From: the human T2T-CHM13v2.0 reference genome, Homo sapiens
Length of the DNA stretch: 64,000 nucleotides
Direction: 5' to 3' (one strand)
Assembly: GCF_009914755.1 (NCBI RefSeq)
Contig: NC_060944.1
Shown: piece after piece, positions 19,479-35,756 of the stretch
Layout: each line of letters opens with the position of its first letter
Numbering within the stretch: position 1 is the stretch's first letter
Translations under genes and position numbers: made by a program
The notes under the pieces: model-generated
Databases searched by the model: none
What the model saw: only the letters and a program-made list of their open reading frames with translations
Told to the model about the DNA's origin: nothing

Positions 19479-20283
19479 TGCCAGCAAAAGGTTTAAACAG
19501 AGAGGTGGGGGCATGCCCCAGGTTAGATTTTCAAGTTCCTCTGACTTCCATGTGGAGAATGGACCAGGTGGCAGCAGGAGGGCCAGTGAGGCATCTGTTA
19601 CATGGACCGGGCTGGAAGTGATGGTGGCCTGGATGGTGGACGGAGGGCATGGGGGGCTGAGGAGGAGAAATGGGGTGCTGAACTAACTAGCAAAGGGGCA
19701 AACCCATAGGGCTAGGCTGGTTGCTGTTGCTGGGTTGGTCAGGGTGATGGCAGGTCATGGGAGGAAGGCAGGCCCACCTCTTAGACAGAGGCAAGCAGGG
19801 ATGAGCAAGGCTGGGGAAAAGACACATTTAGTTTTGAACGCCTGAGCCTGAGGCTCCTATGGGACATCCCTTCTCAGGGATGATGATCTGGGGCTCCAGA
19901 GAGATCTGAGCTGGAGAGGAGGTTGAGGAGTTGTCATCATGATGGGGGGTTGGGAGTACTGCCTGACCCACTTGTCATTTGCCTTGGCTCATGACTATTG
20001 AACTGGGAGATAAGGGGGCCCAGGACAGAACCCCAGAACCCAGGAAACCCCCAGGGTTAAAAGATGGAATAGAAGCTCACAAGGAAGGGAACCAAGGAGT
20101 TGTCTAGGCCCCAAGGAGAATGAGGGGAGTGCCAAAGGATGCTTCAGTGGGAAAGAGACAGGCAATGTTAAAGTTGTCCCCAGACCTACTAAATCAAGGA
20201 CGAAAATATGTCCCTGGAATGTTGGCAGGCAGTAAACAGAATGACACTGCTCTCAACAGACTGATGTGGATCTATCTGCAAGG

Positions 20284-21045
<762 letters not shown>

Positions 21046-21054
21046 AAAGAAAGG

Positions 21055-21560
21055 TTGTATTTGTTCCCTACTGCTAGGTACCAAATGACTCCACAGCCTA
21101 GGGGCTTAAAGTGGCAATGAACAGTTTCTGTGGTCCAGGAATTCCGGAATGGCTTAGCTGGGTGGCTCTGGCTCAGAGCCTCTCATGAGGTTGCAGTCAC
21201 AATGCTGCTGGCCAGGGCTGCAGTCATCTGAAGGCTCAACAGGGGCTGACGGATCCACTTCCAAGATGGCTCACTCACATGGCTGATGAGCTGGTGCTGG
21301 TGTTGCCAGGAGGCCTCAGTTCCTCATCCTGTAGACCTCTCCACAGGGCTGCCTGAGTGTCCTCACAGCATGGTCTCCCCCAGATCGAGTGATCCCAGAG
21401 GGAGCACCATGGGCCACCGTGTCTCATGACCTAACCTCAGAAGTCACACACTATTTCCACAATGTCCTAGCACGGTCAGCCCTATCCAGTGTGGGAGGGG
21501 ATATTCATGAAGGCAGGGATTCCTGGGGACCATCTGAGGCTGGCATCCCCAAGACAAAGA
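21055..21560 (-). mobile_element. MaLR LTR (MLT1F-like)
   Basis: ggctctggctcagagcctctcatgaggttgcagtc is the reverse-complement counterpart of the LTR at 8462-8996. Confidence 0.7.
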
Positions 21561-21653
21561 AAGTGTAAACATGAAGTTCTCAGCAGTATGTTTCATTCAC
21601 AAAGATTTGTGGAAGCTTTTTAAAGGCCCCCCAACTACATAACACACGATAGC

Positions 21654-22062
21654 TGATATGGTTTGGATCTCTGTTCCCACCAAATCTCATGTAGAATTGT
21701 AATCCCCAGGGTTGGAGGTGGGGCCTGGTGGGAGGTGATCGGATCATGGGGGCAGAGTTTCCATGAATGATTATCACCATCCCCCCTTGGTACTGTATAA
21801 TGAGTGAGTTCTCACAAGATCTGGTTAAGTGTGTGGCACCTCCCTGCTCTTTCTCTTCCTCCTGCTCCAGCCATGTGAAGTGCTGGCTTCCCCTTCGCCT
21901 TCCACCATGATTGTAAGTTTCCTGAGGCCTCCCCAGGAGCCAAGCAGATGCCAGCATCCTGCTTCCTGTCCACCCTGTGGAATCGTGAGCCAAATATCTC
22001 TTCTTTATAAATTATGCAGTCTCAAGTATTCCTTTATAGCAGTGCAAGAATGGACTAATACA
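21654..22062 (+). mobile_element. MST (MSTA-like) solo LTR
   Basis: Termini tgatatggtttggatc...ggactaataca. Confidence 0.85.
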
Positions 22063-22324
22063 AAATCTTGTGCTTATACTGTCCTAGAACATCTCTGGAA
22101 GGATGTACTGTTCACTAACTTTTTGAATCTCACATTTTTCTATTCCTCTAATAAATATATGTTTTAAAAATAATTATCGGATAATCAAAAGGAGTGTCCA
22201 CTGAGTTTGGAAATACGTTTTTTCATATATCCAACCCACAGATATTTGCGAAGCTGCTACTGTGCATCAAGCTTTGTTCTTGGCACTGGAAATGGTGAAG
22301 GGAACAGAGCTTCGCCACCCTCAT

Positions 22325-22740
22325 GGGCTGGGTTCTTTTCCTAGGGCTGCCATAACAAAATGCTACAGATGGAGTCACATAAGCAAGAGAAATGTATTGT
22401 CTCACCATTCTGGGGGCTAGAAGTTTGAAATCAAGGTGTCAACGGGGTCGGTTATGTTGAGGGCTGTGAGGGGAGGCTCTGTTGCAGGCTGGCTTCTTAA
22501 CTTGCGGGCGGCCGTCTTCATGTTCACGTGGCATCTTTGCCATATGTACGAGTGCCCACATTTCCCCTTTTTATAAGGACACCAGGCTATTGGATTAGGG
22601 CCTACCCTAATGACCTCATTTTAATGTGGGTTCCTTTGTAAAGACTATTTATTCAAATAAGGTCACATTCTGTGATATTGTGGGGGTTGGGAATTCAACA
22701 TAGGAATTTTCAGAGGAGGGACATAATTTAACTCGTAACA
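22325..22740 (-). mobile_element. MaLR LTR (MLT1B/C-like)
   Basis: cctagggctgccataacaaaat...ataaggacaccag...ggattagggcctaccctaatgacctcatt. Confidence 0.75.
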
Positions 22741-24359
22741 TTGGCCTTACGTCGAGTGAGGGAGATGATAAGCAAAGGGGTCTATAGGGCCTCAGGAGCC
22801 CAGGGAGCTGGAGAGGGAGAAAGCAGCCCCGGGGGAGGTCCACAATGGGCAAAGGCAGGGTTGGCCTGTGGGTAGAAAGTGGGTGGGAGCAGAAGAAGTG
22901 GATGGAGGGTGGAGAGTCACCAGGAGACACGTGCAGCTTTGAGGAGCTTTGGCTGAGCAGGGAGTCCAGAGTGGTGGCTGGAGGGAAACCTGGGATCTAG
23001 AGGGAGTCTTATCTGATTTTATGATGAAAAATCTTGTAAGCTGAAAAGACAAAAAAAAATGCAGAAAAGGAGGGCAAGGCCGCAGGTTGAGGGTTGGGCC
23101 TCTTCTGGGTGCGGAGAGGAAGAGAGGGAGGGAGGAGAGGCAGGTGTGTGTGCATGGTGTGGGGTAGGAGATCTGCTGAGTAAGGAGGTGCCAGGCTGCA
23201 AGGGCCCTGAGGAGGGAGAAAGCTCAGGGTTTGGCTGAGGGACACAGGAAGCTTGCAGGGAGTGGGGGCTCCCAAGCCCTCTCTCAGCCCTCAGACCTCC
23301 CTCCCAATCCCCGACCCACCCCGGCAGCTTCTATCCTTCCGTTTCCTTCCCATCTCTCCCAGGGTCCCTCCTACGGCCCGTGGATCTGTCCCTCCCCACA
23401 GCTGTCCTGCTGATCAATGGATGCTCTGTTCTCTCTGGCTCCCCTCCACGTGTCCCCGCCTAGCAGGGGCCATGGCCTCACCCCGGGGGTGCACAGGCCT
23501 GTGGTCAAAGCAATCTCCATCTGGCCACAGGGAAGTTCCGCCTCCACAACTATGACAATATTTGAAATTCTTCAGAAGTTGCATTTTATGTTATCACACC
23601 CATTGGGTCCTGCCCACCTTTTGAAAACCCTCCAGGGACCCCCGACTGCTCAGAGAACAAAACCCAAACACTTTAAAGTGACCTCCAAGGCTCTGCATGC
23701 TTCAGCTTCTGCATTGCTTTGTAGCAGCGTTTTATCTTGAAATAATTTTAGCTTTACAGAAGAGTTGCAAAGACAGTATGAAAAATTCCAGTATTCCTTT
23801 TCTCCGGTTCCCCTCATGTTAACATCTTACATCACCATAGGACATTTATCAAAACTAAGACATTAACATTGGTACAATGATGTGTTACTTTTGTAGGAAA
23901 TGATAGTAATTATGGATTTTTTTCATTTTTATTGTGGAACATGCCATAGAGACAAAGGCATATATGTACAGTCTGAAGAATAACAATAAATACCCTTGAA
24001 CTCACCAATCCATTTAAGAAATAGAATACTGCTGTTACCCCCGACACTCTGCATGCTCCTTCCTGATCAAACCCCCCAGCCTCAATGATTGAAGCAGGGA
24101 TGTTAATTTATGGGGGTGACTGATGACATAGAAAGAAAGAATTGATTACTTACAATTCCAAGACAAGGCATCACACAGTGCCACAGAGGGCCATGGAGGC
24201 AGCACCAGGAAGCCGTGCAGATGCCTGCGTCATGCTTCCTGCACACCCTGTGGAGTGTACACCCTTGGGTGAGGAGGTAGAAGCAGGGGCAAAGACAGCA
24301 CTGGGCCAGAGGCTTTATTGGAGTTTCCAGGACAAATGCAAGGCAAGGCAGACTAAACA

Positions 24360-24500
24360 TCGTGCTCTCAGAACGGCACACAATTTAAAACTCATTAATT
24401 GTTTATTTCTGGAACTTTTCAATTATTTTCGGACCGAGGTTGACCACGGGTAACTGAAACCACAGAAAGTGGAACCGCAGATAAGCGGGGGCTGCTGTAT
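24360..24500. mobile_element. Tigger2/MER8-like terminal fragment
   Basis: ggttgaccacgggtaactgaaaccacagaaagtggaaccgcagataagcggggg...ctg followed by TA. Confidence 0.65.
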
Positions 24501-24509
24501 AGCATATGA

Positions 24510-24827
<318 letters not shown>

Positions 24828-26479
24828 CAATGTTTCTATGTTCGATTGTTAATGGCGATCTGGTTTCTCTCCAGGTGCACAATGCTTCTTTGAGTATCTC
24901 CGTGTCTGTGGCTGATATCCAGATGCAAGGCTTCTTCCGGGCATCCCTGGGAATGGGAGTGCATAGACATACTGGTCAAATTACAGCACAGCCTCTACAC
25001 CTTTACTGAAGATGGAAAACTGTTTTCCAAAGTTGACTTGCCTAACATGATGTAACTATCATGCAAAAATAAAAATAAAATTAAGAATAAAAATTTAAAA
25101 ATGAAAGTTTACGTGTTCACCAGCTCCCTCCAGACGCTCATCTGCCTTTGGTGCTGTCTGACTTTGTTTGTTTATTTATTTATAGAGATGGGGGCTCCCT
25201 ATGTTGCCCAGGCTGGTCTCAAACTCCTGGACCCAAGCCATCCTCCCAAAGTGCTGGGATTACAAGTGTGAGCCACCACGCCAAGCCTGACTTTAAGATT
25301 TTTGCCAATCCAGTGGGTATGTAAAGATATCTCAGTGGATCTTAATCCACACTTCTTTGATTGATAATGAGATTGAGCATTTTTCTCATGTTTTTAAATC
25401 ACTTATGCTTCTTTTATGAAATTCCTGTTCTTTTGTTCCCCAATTTCTATTGTGTTATTTATCAATCTTTTTCTTATCGTTCATAGGCGTTTTTCTATAT
25501 TATGGATGCTACTCCTCGGTTAGTCATGTGTGTTTCAAATCTTGCTAATTGTGACTCGTCTTTTCATTCTCTGAATGGGGTCTTTTCATGAAAGGGCCCT
25601 CTAAATTTTAATGCAGTCAAATTTGTCAACTATTTACTTTATGGGTTAAACTTTTTAATCTCATTTTTTTAAGTTTCATTAAAGAATCTTTTCATAAAGA
25701 TGCTCTCCTATATTTTATTATAAAGTTGTAAAGTTTTACCATTTATATTTAAATCCTTAATCCATCTGGAATGGATTTTTAATGTGTGGGATGACATACG
25801 GAATCATTTTCATTTTCTTCCATATGAATAGCGAGTTATTCTGGCACCATTTCCTGGGAAGACCATCCTTTTCTCCTGGATTCGCGATGCAGGCTGTGTT
25901 ATCACCTTTTCATATATGCATGAGAAAAAAAAATGTTAAGGAAAAAGCCAAGTGAAATAAAATGGTAGGCAACACTTTGGCCCAGCAAGTCCATGTCTAA
26001 GCATTTATCCTAAAGAAATAACTGTAAATGCAAAAAAAAAAAAAAAAAAAAAAAAGATTTGTCGCAAAGATGTGGTTTATAAGAGCCAAAAATTAGCAAA
26101 CAATCTCATTGCATATGCAACAAAAGAAATTGTTTAAATAAATTTTTGTACATCTATACAATGGAACATTATGCAGTAATCTAAAAAGATATGGTAGATT
26201 TTAAGGAGGTGACATGGAAAGAAAAATTGAAAAGCGCAGACTATGGAACCACATACAGATACAGTATAATCCTCACTATGTAATCTAGAGGCATGTTCTT
26301 AGACAAATTACAAAAGAGGGACGTGCAAGCAGTTGATCTATATTATCTGACTTTAAAAAAAATTTGTCATCCTAGCATCCCAGTATATTATCTGAATTTT
26401 TATAGTGATATCAGGCAATCATAAATAAAACATAGTTCACTTTCTCCATGTTAAAAAAAAATGATGTTGCATATGCTTA

Positions 26480-27040
26480 GGATAATACCATAAGACCCAG
26501 CAACCCATTCCTAGGTATTTTCTTAAGAATCTAAGAACATTTATGTTCACACGAAAGCCAGTATGTGAATATTCATCATAAGCCCATTCACCCAAAACTG
26601 GAGGCAACCCAGATGTCCCTCAACCAGTGCATGGATAAATAAGCTGTGGTTCATCCACACGATGGAATATTACTCGGCAACAAAAAGAAACATTACTGAT
26701 GGATGCGACACCATGGATAAACTTCAGAACACTGTGCTAAGTGAAAGGATCCAGACCCAAAAGGCCACATACATTATAATTCCATTTATATGGACATTCT
26801 GGAAAAGGCACACTTATAGGAGAGCAAAACATCAGTGGTTGCCAGGGGCGGGGATGGTGGGAGAGATTTACTATAAAGGGGCACGGGGACATTTTGGGGG
26901 TGAAGGAACTGTTCTCTATCTTGATTATGGTGATGATTACATGACTATGGGTTTGTCAAAACTCATAAACCTACTAACTACAAACTACCCACTAGAAAGG
27001 GAAAACTTTACAATATGTAAATTACACCTCAATAAAGAAT
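26480..27040 (+). mobile_element. Old L1M 3' end
   Basis: atggaatattactc...gtgaaaggatccagacccaaaaggccacatac...aaattacacctcaataaa. Confidence 0.75.
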
Positions 27041-27664
27041 CGCAAGCTATAAAAGGTGTTGCAGGTTATACCTTTGTAAATTAAAATACACCAACAATGT
27101 GAAAGCTAAAGAAAAATATGTGATGTAAGAACATTTAATGATATGGAAAAACATTCACAGTATCGTCAAATGAATATCCATGTTGCACAACGCTGTAATA
27201 CACAAGTCTATGTACACAAAGGCATGCATACATGCACACACCGGTAGAAAGAAAAAACTGCTGGATAAACGCCGCAAATGGTGTCCACAGGTCTCTCTGA
27301 GTGGAGGGGTCACTGCTGGTCTTTATTTTCTTTCGCTCCCTGGGTTTGCTGTTTTCCCACGACGTTTCCCACAATGTGTCCCCGCTGGAGTCCATGGCTG
27401 ACTCAGGGAGGCTGGGAGGAGGTGGCCACTCCACAGCTGGGAAAACCGCAGCCTCCCGATGAACCCTGGCTGACGACCTGTCTATGTTTACTTTTTCTCC
27501 CTGGGCAGACAAGACAGGAGACTGGAAGAAGGGGCCAGAAATTCAGACTCAGAAGCCCCCTCCAGAGGCCACAAGGCAGCCTGGTCCTCTCTGAACCAGT
27601 GGCTCCCACTCACTGGCCCCTTGTCTCTGCCTGGACTCCTGCGGATGAGTGGAAGGCCAAGAGG

Positions 27665-27678
27665 GCGCCCTCTGGTGC
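27665..27678 (-). promoter_or_regulatory. Candidate CTCF site
   Basis: Minus strand reads GCACCAGAGGGCGC, matching the core CCASYAGRKGGCRS at 13/14 positions. Confidence 0.55.
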
Positions 27679-27694
27679 CCACTAGATCGACTCC

Positions 27695-27890
27695 CAATTA
27701 ATCACTTAACTGTGTGACCCTGGGCCAACTACTCAACCTCTCTGTGCCTCGGGTCCTCCTCTGAACATGGGGATAAAGACAGTGCTTGCCTCGTGGGGAT
27801 GTTGTGTGTGTATACATGCATACACACGTGTGCAAAGAGCTTAGAGCCACGCCTGGTACCATTTACATGCTCAGTAAATGTTTAGGAGGA
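27695..27890 (+). mobile_element. MIR
   Basis: ctgtgtgaccctgggccaactactcaacctctctgtgcctc... Confidence 0.75.
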
Positions 27891-30664
27891 TTGTTGTGAT
27901 AACCCAGCAGACTGATGTGTAAGCCTATGGTCCCATCTCAGGGCATGTGGGTGTCACAGGATCGTAGTCCTAACAGCCCAAAAATAATGTTAAAATGACT
28001 CAAGGACTTCACTTATGCTTCTGAGCATCCTGAAGGAAATAGGCACAGTCTACAGAACTACTTCCTAATGCTCCCCTTAGTTCAACTGTCCACTTCCTCA
28101 GCACAGTCCCTGTATGTCTTTGGAGGTCCCCCTTCTCCAGACCTCCTTCATTCAGCCAACAGCATTTATTGAGCACCTGCTCTGTGCCAGCCAGCTGCTG
28201 TTCTAGGCTCTTAGAATAAATCAGAAAACCAAATAGATGAAAAATTCTCATTGTTCACAAGTAGATTCTAGACGTCTCCCCAGAGCAAAGCCCAGGCCCT
28301 TGGCCTTCCTCTCCCCTTCCTCTTTCTTCCTCATTCTGCACCCAGAACCCAAGAAAACGCTGCAGCCCTTCCTGGGAGGGCAGGAGAGAGGAAAGATCTG
28401 AGTTGGCCAAGCCAGGCTCTCCAGCAGGCAGGGCTCCAGCAGAGGCTGGGCACCTTCAGCCATCAGCAACTGTGTCCCATTACCTGTGGAAAGCACCAGC
28501 CCTGGCCTGGAAAACAGTAGGAGTTCATCAAGAGTGGCTTTGTTGTACAGTGGTTGTCTTGTACCCAGTTGGATTGGCAGCAGCTTCGGGGCACGAGGAG
28601 CGACTGTTCACTCCTTGGGGAGCTTGCAGCACAGGGCAAGGTGCACAGTAGGCACTTGGTGGCTGGCAGGGCCCTCTGGGGCATCCTATGGGTGAATATC
28701 TTGCTGAGCCCATGGAAGGCCCATGTCAGAATCCAGTAATGTGCTGGGGAGGCGAGCTGGGGTGGGGTTGGAAGTGGTGCTCACCAGCCCAGCCAGGGTT
28801 CCTCTTAAAAGTCACAGTGCTCGAAGCCAGTACAGTGCCTCACCCCTTTTTATGCCCTCACCTGGCTCATCTCCCATCCATTAGTCCTCAAGGTACATCT
28901 GTGAGTCCCATGGGTCAGGTAGTGGGTGCAATGGGAGGAGATGAGGGTGTGGACTTGTCCTCAGATCTACCTCTTAGTACCTATGAGAAGTCAGCAACCA
29001 CCCTGACCCTCTGTGTCTTCATCTGTAAAATGCATATATTAGTCTCTTCTTTGGTGGAAAGGATTAAATGAGATGTTGCATATGGAGGCATGTGAGGGTT
29101 TTGTAAGTGCTCATTCTCCCTTTTGCCTCAGGAAGAAAGCCTCCACCTTCAGACTATCAGGCACCTGGGGACAGACCCCAGGACACTGCCTTTTGTGGCT
29201 CTTGCCACCCATGGTCACCTCAGTTACTCAAGCCACACATGCATGTTCGTGCATCCCCCACATATACACAGAAACTCACGGGCGTTATATCAACCAGGGT
29301 TCCTAGCTGCAAGCAACAGAAAGCAACCATGACTGACTTAAGCAGAAAAGGAATTTCTCAAAAGAATATTATTTGATTTATGGAATCACAGGAAATCATC
29401 CAGGTCTCTACCTGGAAGGCAGAATGAACCTTATTAAAATCAGTTGAGATGCGCACTTAGCATTGTGCCTTGCACAGAGTAACTGCTCAGGAAAGGTTAT
29501 CCAATAATAATGAAAGCATGTCTTATGGTGTGACACCTCTGCTCAAAATCCTTTCATAGATCCAATTGTCTACCATGGAAACCCGGCCTCTGGGCTGTGG
29601 ATACTTGTGATGGGGGAGGTGGTGCGGGCTCCGAATTCTTTCCAATAGTCTGCAAACCCGCAGAGCCATGAAGCATTGCCTGTAGGCCAGCACTCATCCT
29701 CCACCCCTCTGCCTGCTTCTCCGCTCTCCTAGTTCCTTCTCCCTCCTCTAGGAATTCAGCATTGCCACTCTGATTGGCTGGATTTTGGGACATTGATTGA
29801 GCCTTGTTTTCTAGTGGGCAGGAGGCTCTGTGTCTTAAAGGCCACTGGCCCAGCTGCCAATGAATCAGTACTTTGTTTCCCCAGGTAGAGTGGGGGCAGG
29901 GGGCAGGGAACGGGCAGGGCAAGTTTGGGGCATTCTGCTCCGAGGTCCCTCTAGCCAAACGTTATCAAATCTCATCCAACATGCTCCTGGCTCTCCATTT
30001 CAGATGTCTGTAAACTGGGGACTACAAAATGCAAATATGTTTAAGAGTTGCTAAATTTGCAGTGACTTTTTCTCAATCAGTGTTTTGCAAATCTAACTAC
30101 TATCATAGGAAGACCTTTATACTTGAAAAACTTGGCGGGTCACTCACCACCCAGATCAAGACCAAAGCATGGCTGTCAGTGCCTTCGCTTAAACAGTTCT
30201 CTCCACCTGGCCTGCCCTTCTGCCATGCCCCTCCTAGGCCATCACAGATGCCAGCTCAGAGGGGCAGTTCCTGCTGGCTGCATGGTGTCCCACCTGGACT
30301 GTGTCACCAGCCTCTTCACAGCCTCTAGCCTTCGGTGCTCCCTACCTGACCACCCATACGTCTAGCAGGCAGACGGACGGGTCCAGAAATGCACACCTGG
30401 TCACCTTGATTGCACTGAGCCCTGCCCTGCAGTCAGTTACCTGGGTTTTCCACCAGGCATCCATTTAGCTTAGTCATCTTCCTCCGGGACAGTGGCCGTT
30501 TGATGGTGACAGACCTAGGCCCAGGTTTCTAAGAATCAGGAAGATGAAGCAACAGGGAAAGCAGGTTGACCCTCGCTTCCTTCCCCTTCCACAGGACGGT
30601 CCTGCCCCGGCTGACAGAGGAGGGGTGAGTCCTGCTGCTTCCTGGCCTGTAAGATGCCCCTCAA

Positions 30665-31045
<381 letters not shown>

Positions 31046-32896
31046 TCAGTGGCAGGAGCTGGAAGTCTCAGGAGAGAAGGAAAACGGAACCCAAACCTTT
31101 GCAAACACTCAGACCGGCTGCTAAGTGCCACGCACGCGTTTGATCACACTGACTCCTCCGGCGAGCCCTGTAAGGCTGGCGTTACTATCCCACTTTACAG
31201 ATGAAGGAACTGAAGGTGGCTGAGGTAGCGACCCTTCCTAATGGGTGGGAGTGGGATTGAACTGAGCCACACAGTCAGCATTTATCCCCCCAACAAAGAG
31301 TAATAACTGCCCCCGTGGCCCAGGCCTGGCTTGCCAAAGGCTGTACATTCTGTGTGGAATAAACCTAAGATGCTGTGGGAGGGAGGGAGTTCAGGGAAGG
31401 CTTCCTGGAGGACACGGTGCTGCATGCCAGGCAATGGGAAATTCATCTTCAAAGGCATGGAGGTGTGACAAAGTTTCACATGTTCAAGGTTATTTCTCTA
31501 AGTTAGTGTTTCTCGAGGGGTGGCATCAACTGGGAGCTTTCCAAGCCTTGTCACCTACCCTGTACTCAGGATCAGGGCGTGGGGCTTGCTTTTGGAAATC
31601 TGCGTGGTCATAAGCTCCTGGGTGGTTGTACTTGAAAGTGGCAGTGCGAGAACCAATGGGGTGGGATGTGGAGGGCCCTGTGAGCCTGTTAAGGAAGTGG
31701 GCCTTGCCCCTTGGTGATGTGAAGCAGAGGGGGGATGGTGCTGGTGTCGGCTTCAGAGAGATCTCTTTGGCAGGTGTAGGTGACCAGCTTGGAGCCTGGG
31801 CACCTGAGACAAGGCCGGAGCAGCCATCAGGAGGCCAGACAGCAGGAATCAAGGTCTGGACTTCAGAGTGGTCAAGAGGATAGAAAGAATAGAGAAAGAG
31901 AGAAGGCAGGCTTGAGGAGGGCTTCCAGGTTCCAGCTTTATGGAGGAGGCGAGAGGGGGCTGGGTTTGGAGAATTGGTAGAGCCGAGACAGCAGTGCAGC
32001 CCTTACACCCGGGCAGGTCAGGACCCCACAGGCCCTATGCCTCAGGGTGCCCCACACCTTAGAGTGCCTTCCTCAGAACTTTCTAGGTCCCACCTGGCAC
32101 CTAGAACCAGCTAGGCATGGCAGTGTCATCCGTGTGGGCACCCCAGGCCCAGGGTCAGGCCCCGATCTGCTGTCTCATTCCTCATTTATTCTCTATGGGA
32201 CACTTTACAGCCCTGGACCCTGAGGAAGGGGTCTGCCAGGTGCCCTGAGAGCTCTGGGACTCATCCTATGAAGTGTCCTGGGGCCCTGAGGCCAGGTCCC
32301 AGTTTCAGGAGGGTGCCTGGAGAGCTGATCATCCCTGCTGGCCAGCGCAATGTTACTTTGGTGGGGTCATGTGAAATTGGGCTGCCAGAATGGTCCTCAA
32401 ATGCTGATTTGAGGTGACTCCAAATATTTGCCTGCCCAGGGCTCTGCCTAAGGACAGCCGTGGGTGCAGGGACACTTGCTGCTGGTTGGTATCTAGACAC
32501 TGCCCTGATATCCCTGGGTGCCTTCCTGCTACCCTGGCCACCCCAGATGGGGTGACTCAGGTGAGGTCCTTGGGGAGGCCACCCTGGCACCCACTGGCCA
32601 GTGACTCCCACCTGCTGGCCTCTCCTCATGTATTACACCTCCACCTTAATCACACGGCCAACCGCAATATCCCCAGCAATAGGGCCATTTGATGTCGCAT
32701 GATCTGCTGCACTGAGAAGAACGCAGCGTCGCTTCTGTGGTTTCCCTGCTCAGAGGGCACGACCTGAATCCAGTCCCAAGGAAACAACAGCCAAACCCAA
32801 ACCGACAGACATTCTGCAAAGCAGCTGGGTTGTCCTCTCCAAAAATGTCAAGTCATGAAAACACTGAGAAACTGTTCCAGCTTAAAAGAGACCAAG

Positions 32897-33197
<301 letters not shown>

Positions 33198-33342
33198 GAC
33201 CAAGAGACATGAGAAGAAACTGCAACAGGAGGTCCTATATTGGACCCTAGACCCATTCACATCATTATTGGTACCATTGGTGAAATGGGAATGGGGTCAG
33301 TGGATTAGCTGGTAATACTGTATGAATGTTTGTGCTGTGATA

Positions 33343-33704
<362 letters not shown>

Positions 33705-35756
33705 TTATGCGTGCACTTACACCCAAATAATTCTGGAAAAATATTTACATATATATATGTATACACATATATATTCATATATAGATACATCTGTAAAGAT
33801 AAGTGTAGTAAAACATTACTAACTTGGACAATCTGTGTGAGATAAATATAGGAATTTTTGTACGATTTTTGAAACTGTTCTGTAAGTTTGGTATTATTTC
33901 AAAATAAAAAATTGAAAGCAATTTTACAGTCTCAACAACCACAAATTATAATAGACATGGCTACCATAATTGAGCATCTAGTATGGACTCCAATGCATTG
34001 GCTCATTTAATCTAACATTAACAACACAAGGTAGATATTATTCGTCCTGTTTTACAAAAAACGAAAGATCTCAGAGTGGTTAGTGACTTTCCCGAGGTCA
34101 TACAGCTTGAAAGCAGCAGAGGCCAGAATTGAACCCAGGCCATACTGGCTTAAGAATCCGTGCTGTCAACCTCTGAGAAATGGAGAAATGAGCAAGTAAA
34201 CAGACGACAATTACACAGGGTGGCAATTATGGAGACAGACTCTGAAGGGAGCCCAGATAACCTGGAAGGCTCCATGTAGGAGGCGATATTTGAACTGGGC
34301 CTTGAAGCATGTATAGAAGTTTTCCACTTATGGAAAGAAAGTCTCCAGGTAGAAGAAATGGCATAGTCAAGGGCGCAGAAGCTTGAAAGGATAGGTCCCT
34401 GGAGGTTGTTTTTCTGGGCCTCACCACCCTGTGGGTAAAAACGTGGTTACATTAAGTGTCACTGGCTTTTTGTCATTGCCTACAAAGTGCCCCTCATGCT
34501 TCTCCATGAGTCCACAATCCACATTCACCTCCATCACATAACACAACAGGAGGTGCCCCTTCCCCTCATTTTGAAACCTTCAGCATCCCTTTGCCACTTT
34601 TCTGCTTGTGTGGCCTTAGGCAAGTTACATAACTTCTCTAAGCCTCAATTTTCTCATCTGTGAAATGGAGCCAATGATACCTACTTTCAGGGCTAGATAA
34701 GGATTAAAAGAGAATGTCAGCCAAGGGTTTGGCTTGGTTTCTGATATGGATTAAGCCCATCAAAGATGGTGGCTGTTCTTATGAATGAGGACCCTAGATC
34801 CCAGAGAGGGGCAAAGACTGGTCCAGGTTCACACAGCCAAGCAGAGGCAAAACCAAGGCTCCACCCCAGGCCCTGGTCCCCACTAACCTCCCCCGAACCC
34901 CAGCCTGCCAATGTTCCCAGCTCGTGCTCTCCCTAGCATAGGGCAGAGCCAGGCCACGAGCAGCTCTCTAGCAGCCGAGGTTCTCTCGGGGCTCAGCCTG
35001 TTGGGGCTTGGCTGGGCACATACGTATTTCCTAATGTGGCCGAGGGGAAACAGCCCCAAGTGTCAGAGGCTGTTGCACATTTGGCAACAGCCAACTGCCG
35101 GTATTGCTTTTCTTCCCGTGATCCTCCCTCGGGCTGGAGGAGGCCAGGCCTGCCGTGAGCCAACATTGTGACACAGGCGCAGCTCTCCAGTTTCCTGAGC
35201 AAAAGAAGCCAGAGAGGCACCCTCCCTTCCACCCACCCCTGGAGAGCTGCTCTATCTTGTTTTCCTTTCTCTCAGCCTTCAGCTTGTCCCAGAAACTGCC
35301 CTTTGTGCAGGGCTCAGGCCTTCAGTCTGAGAAACCACCCTCCTTCCATCAGCCCCCAGGCACCGATGCAGATGCCTCCCCCCGGAAGCGTTGGGGGTTT
35401 GCCAGGCCAGACTGAGCTTGTCCTTAGTCTCCAAGCACTTAGGGTCTAGAACTATGCTCTGACTCTTCTTTTAATTTATTCACTATTGAGTAAATCTTGT
35501 GTCCCACTCTGGGATTGCTGTGATAATAATAATTAATATTAGTATTAATAATAATGAGGAAGCTCAGCCCCTACCCTGTGCCCCTTGGAGGCTCATATCT
35601 TTCTGACCAGATTACTCAAAGGAGCCCTTTTATGAGACGTGAAGCTGGGAAGGAGACAGACAGTGTTTTTTAGCATAACAAAGCAGGGGAGACACCCTCT
35701 TAAGAGTTTATGCCATAATACAAAATTAATACAAATTGTACAAAATGTCTGATTCT

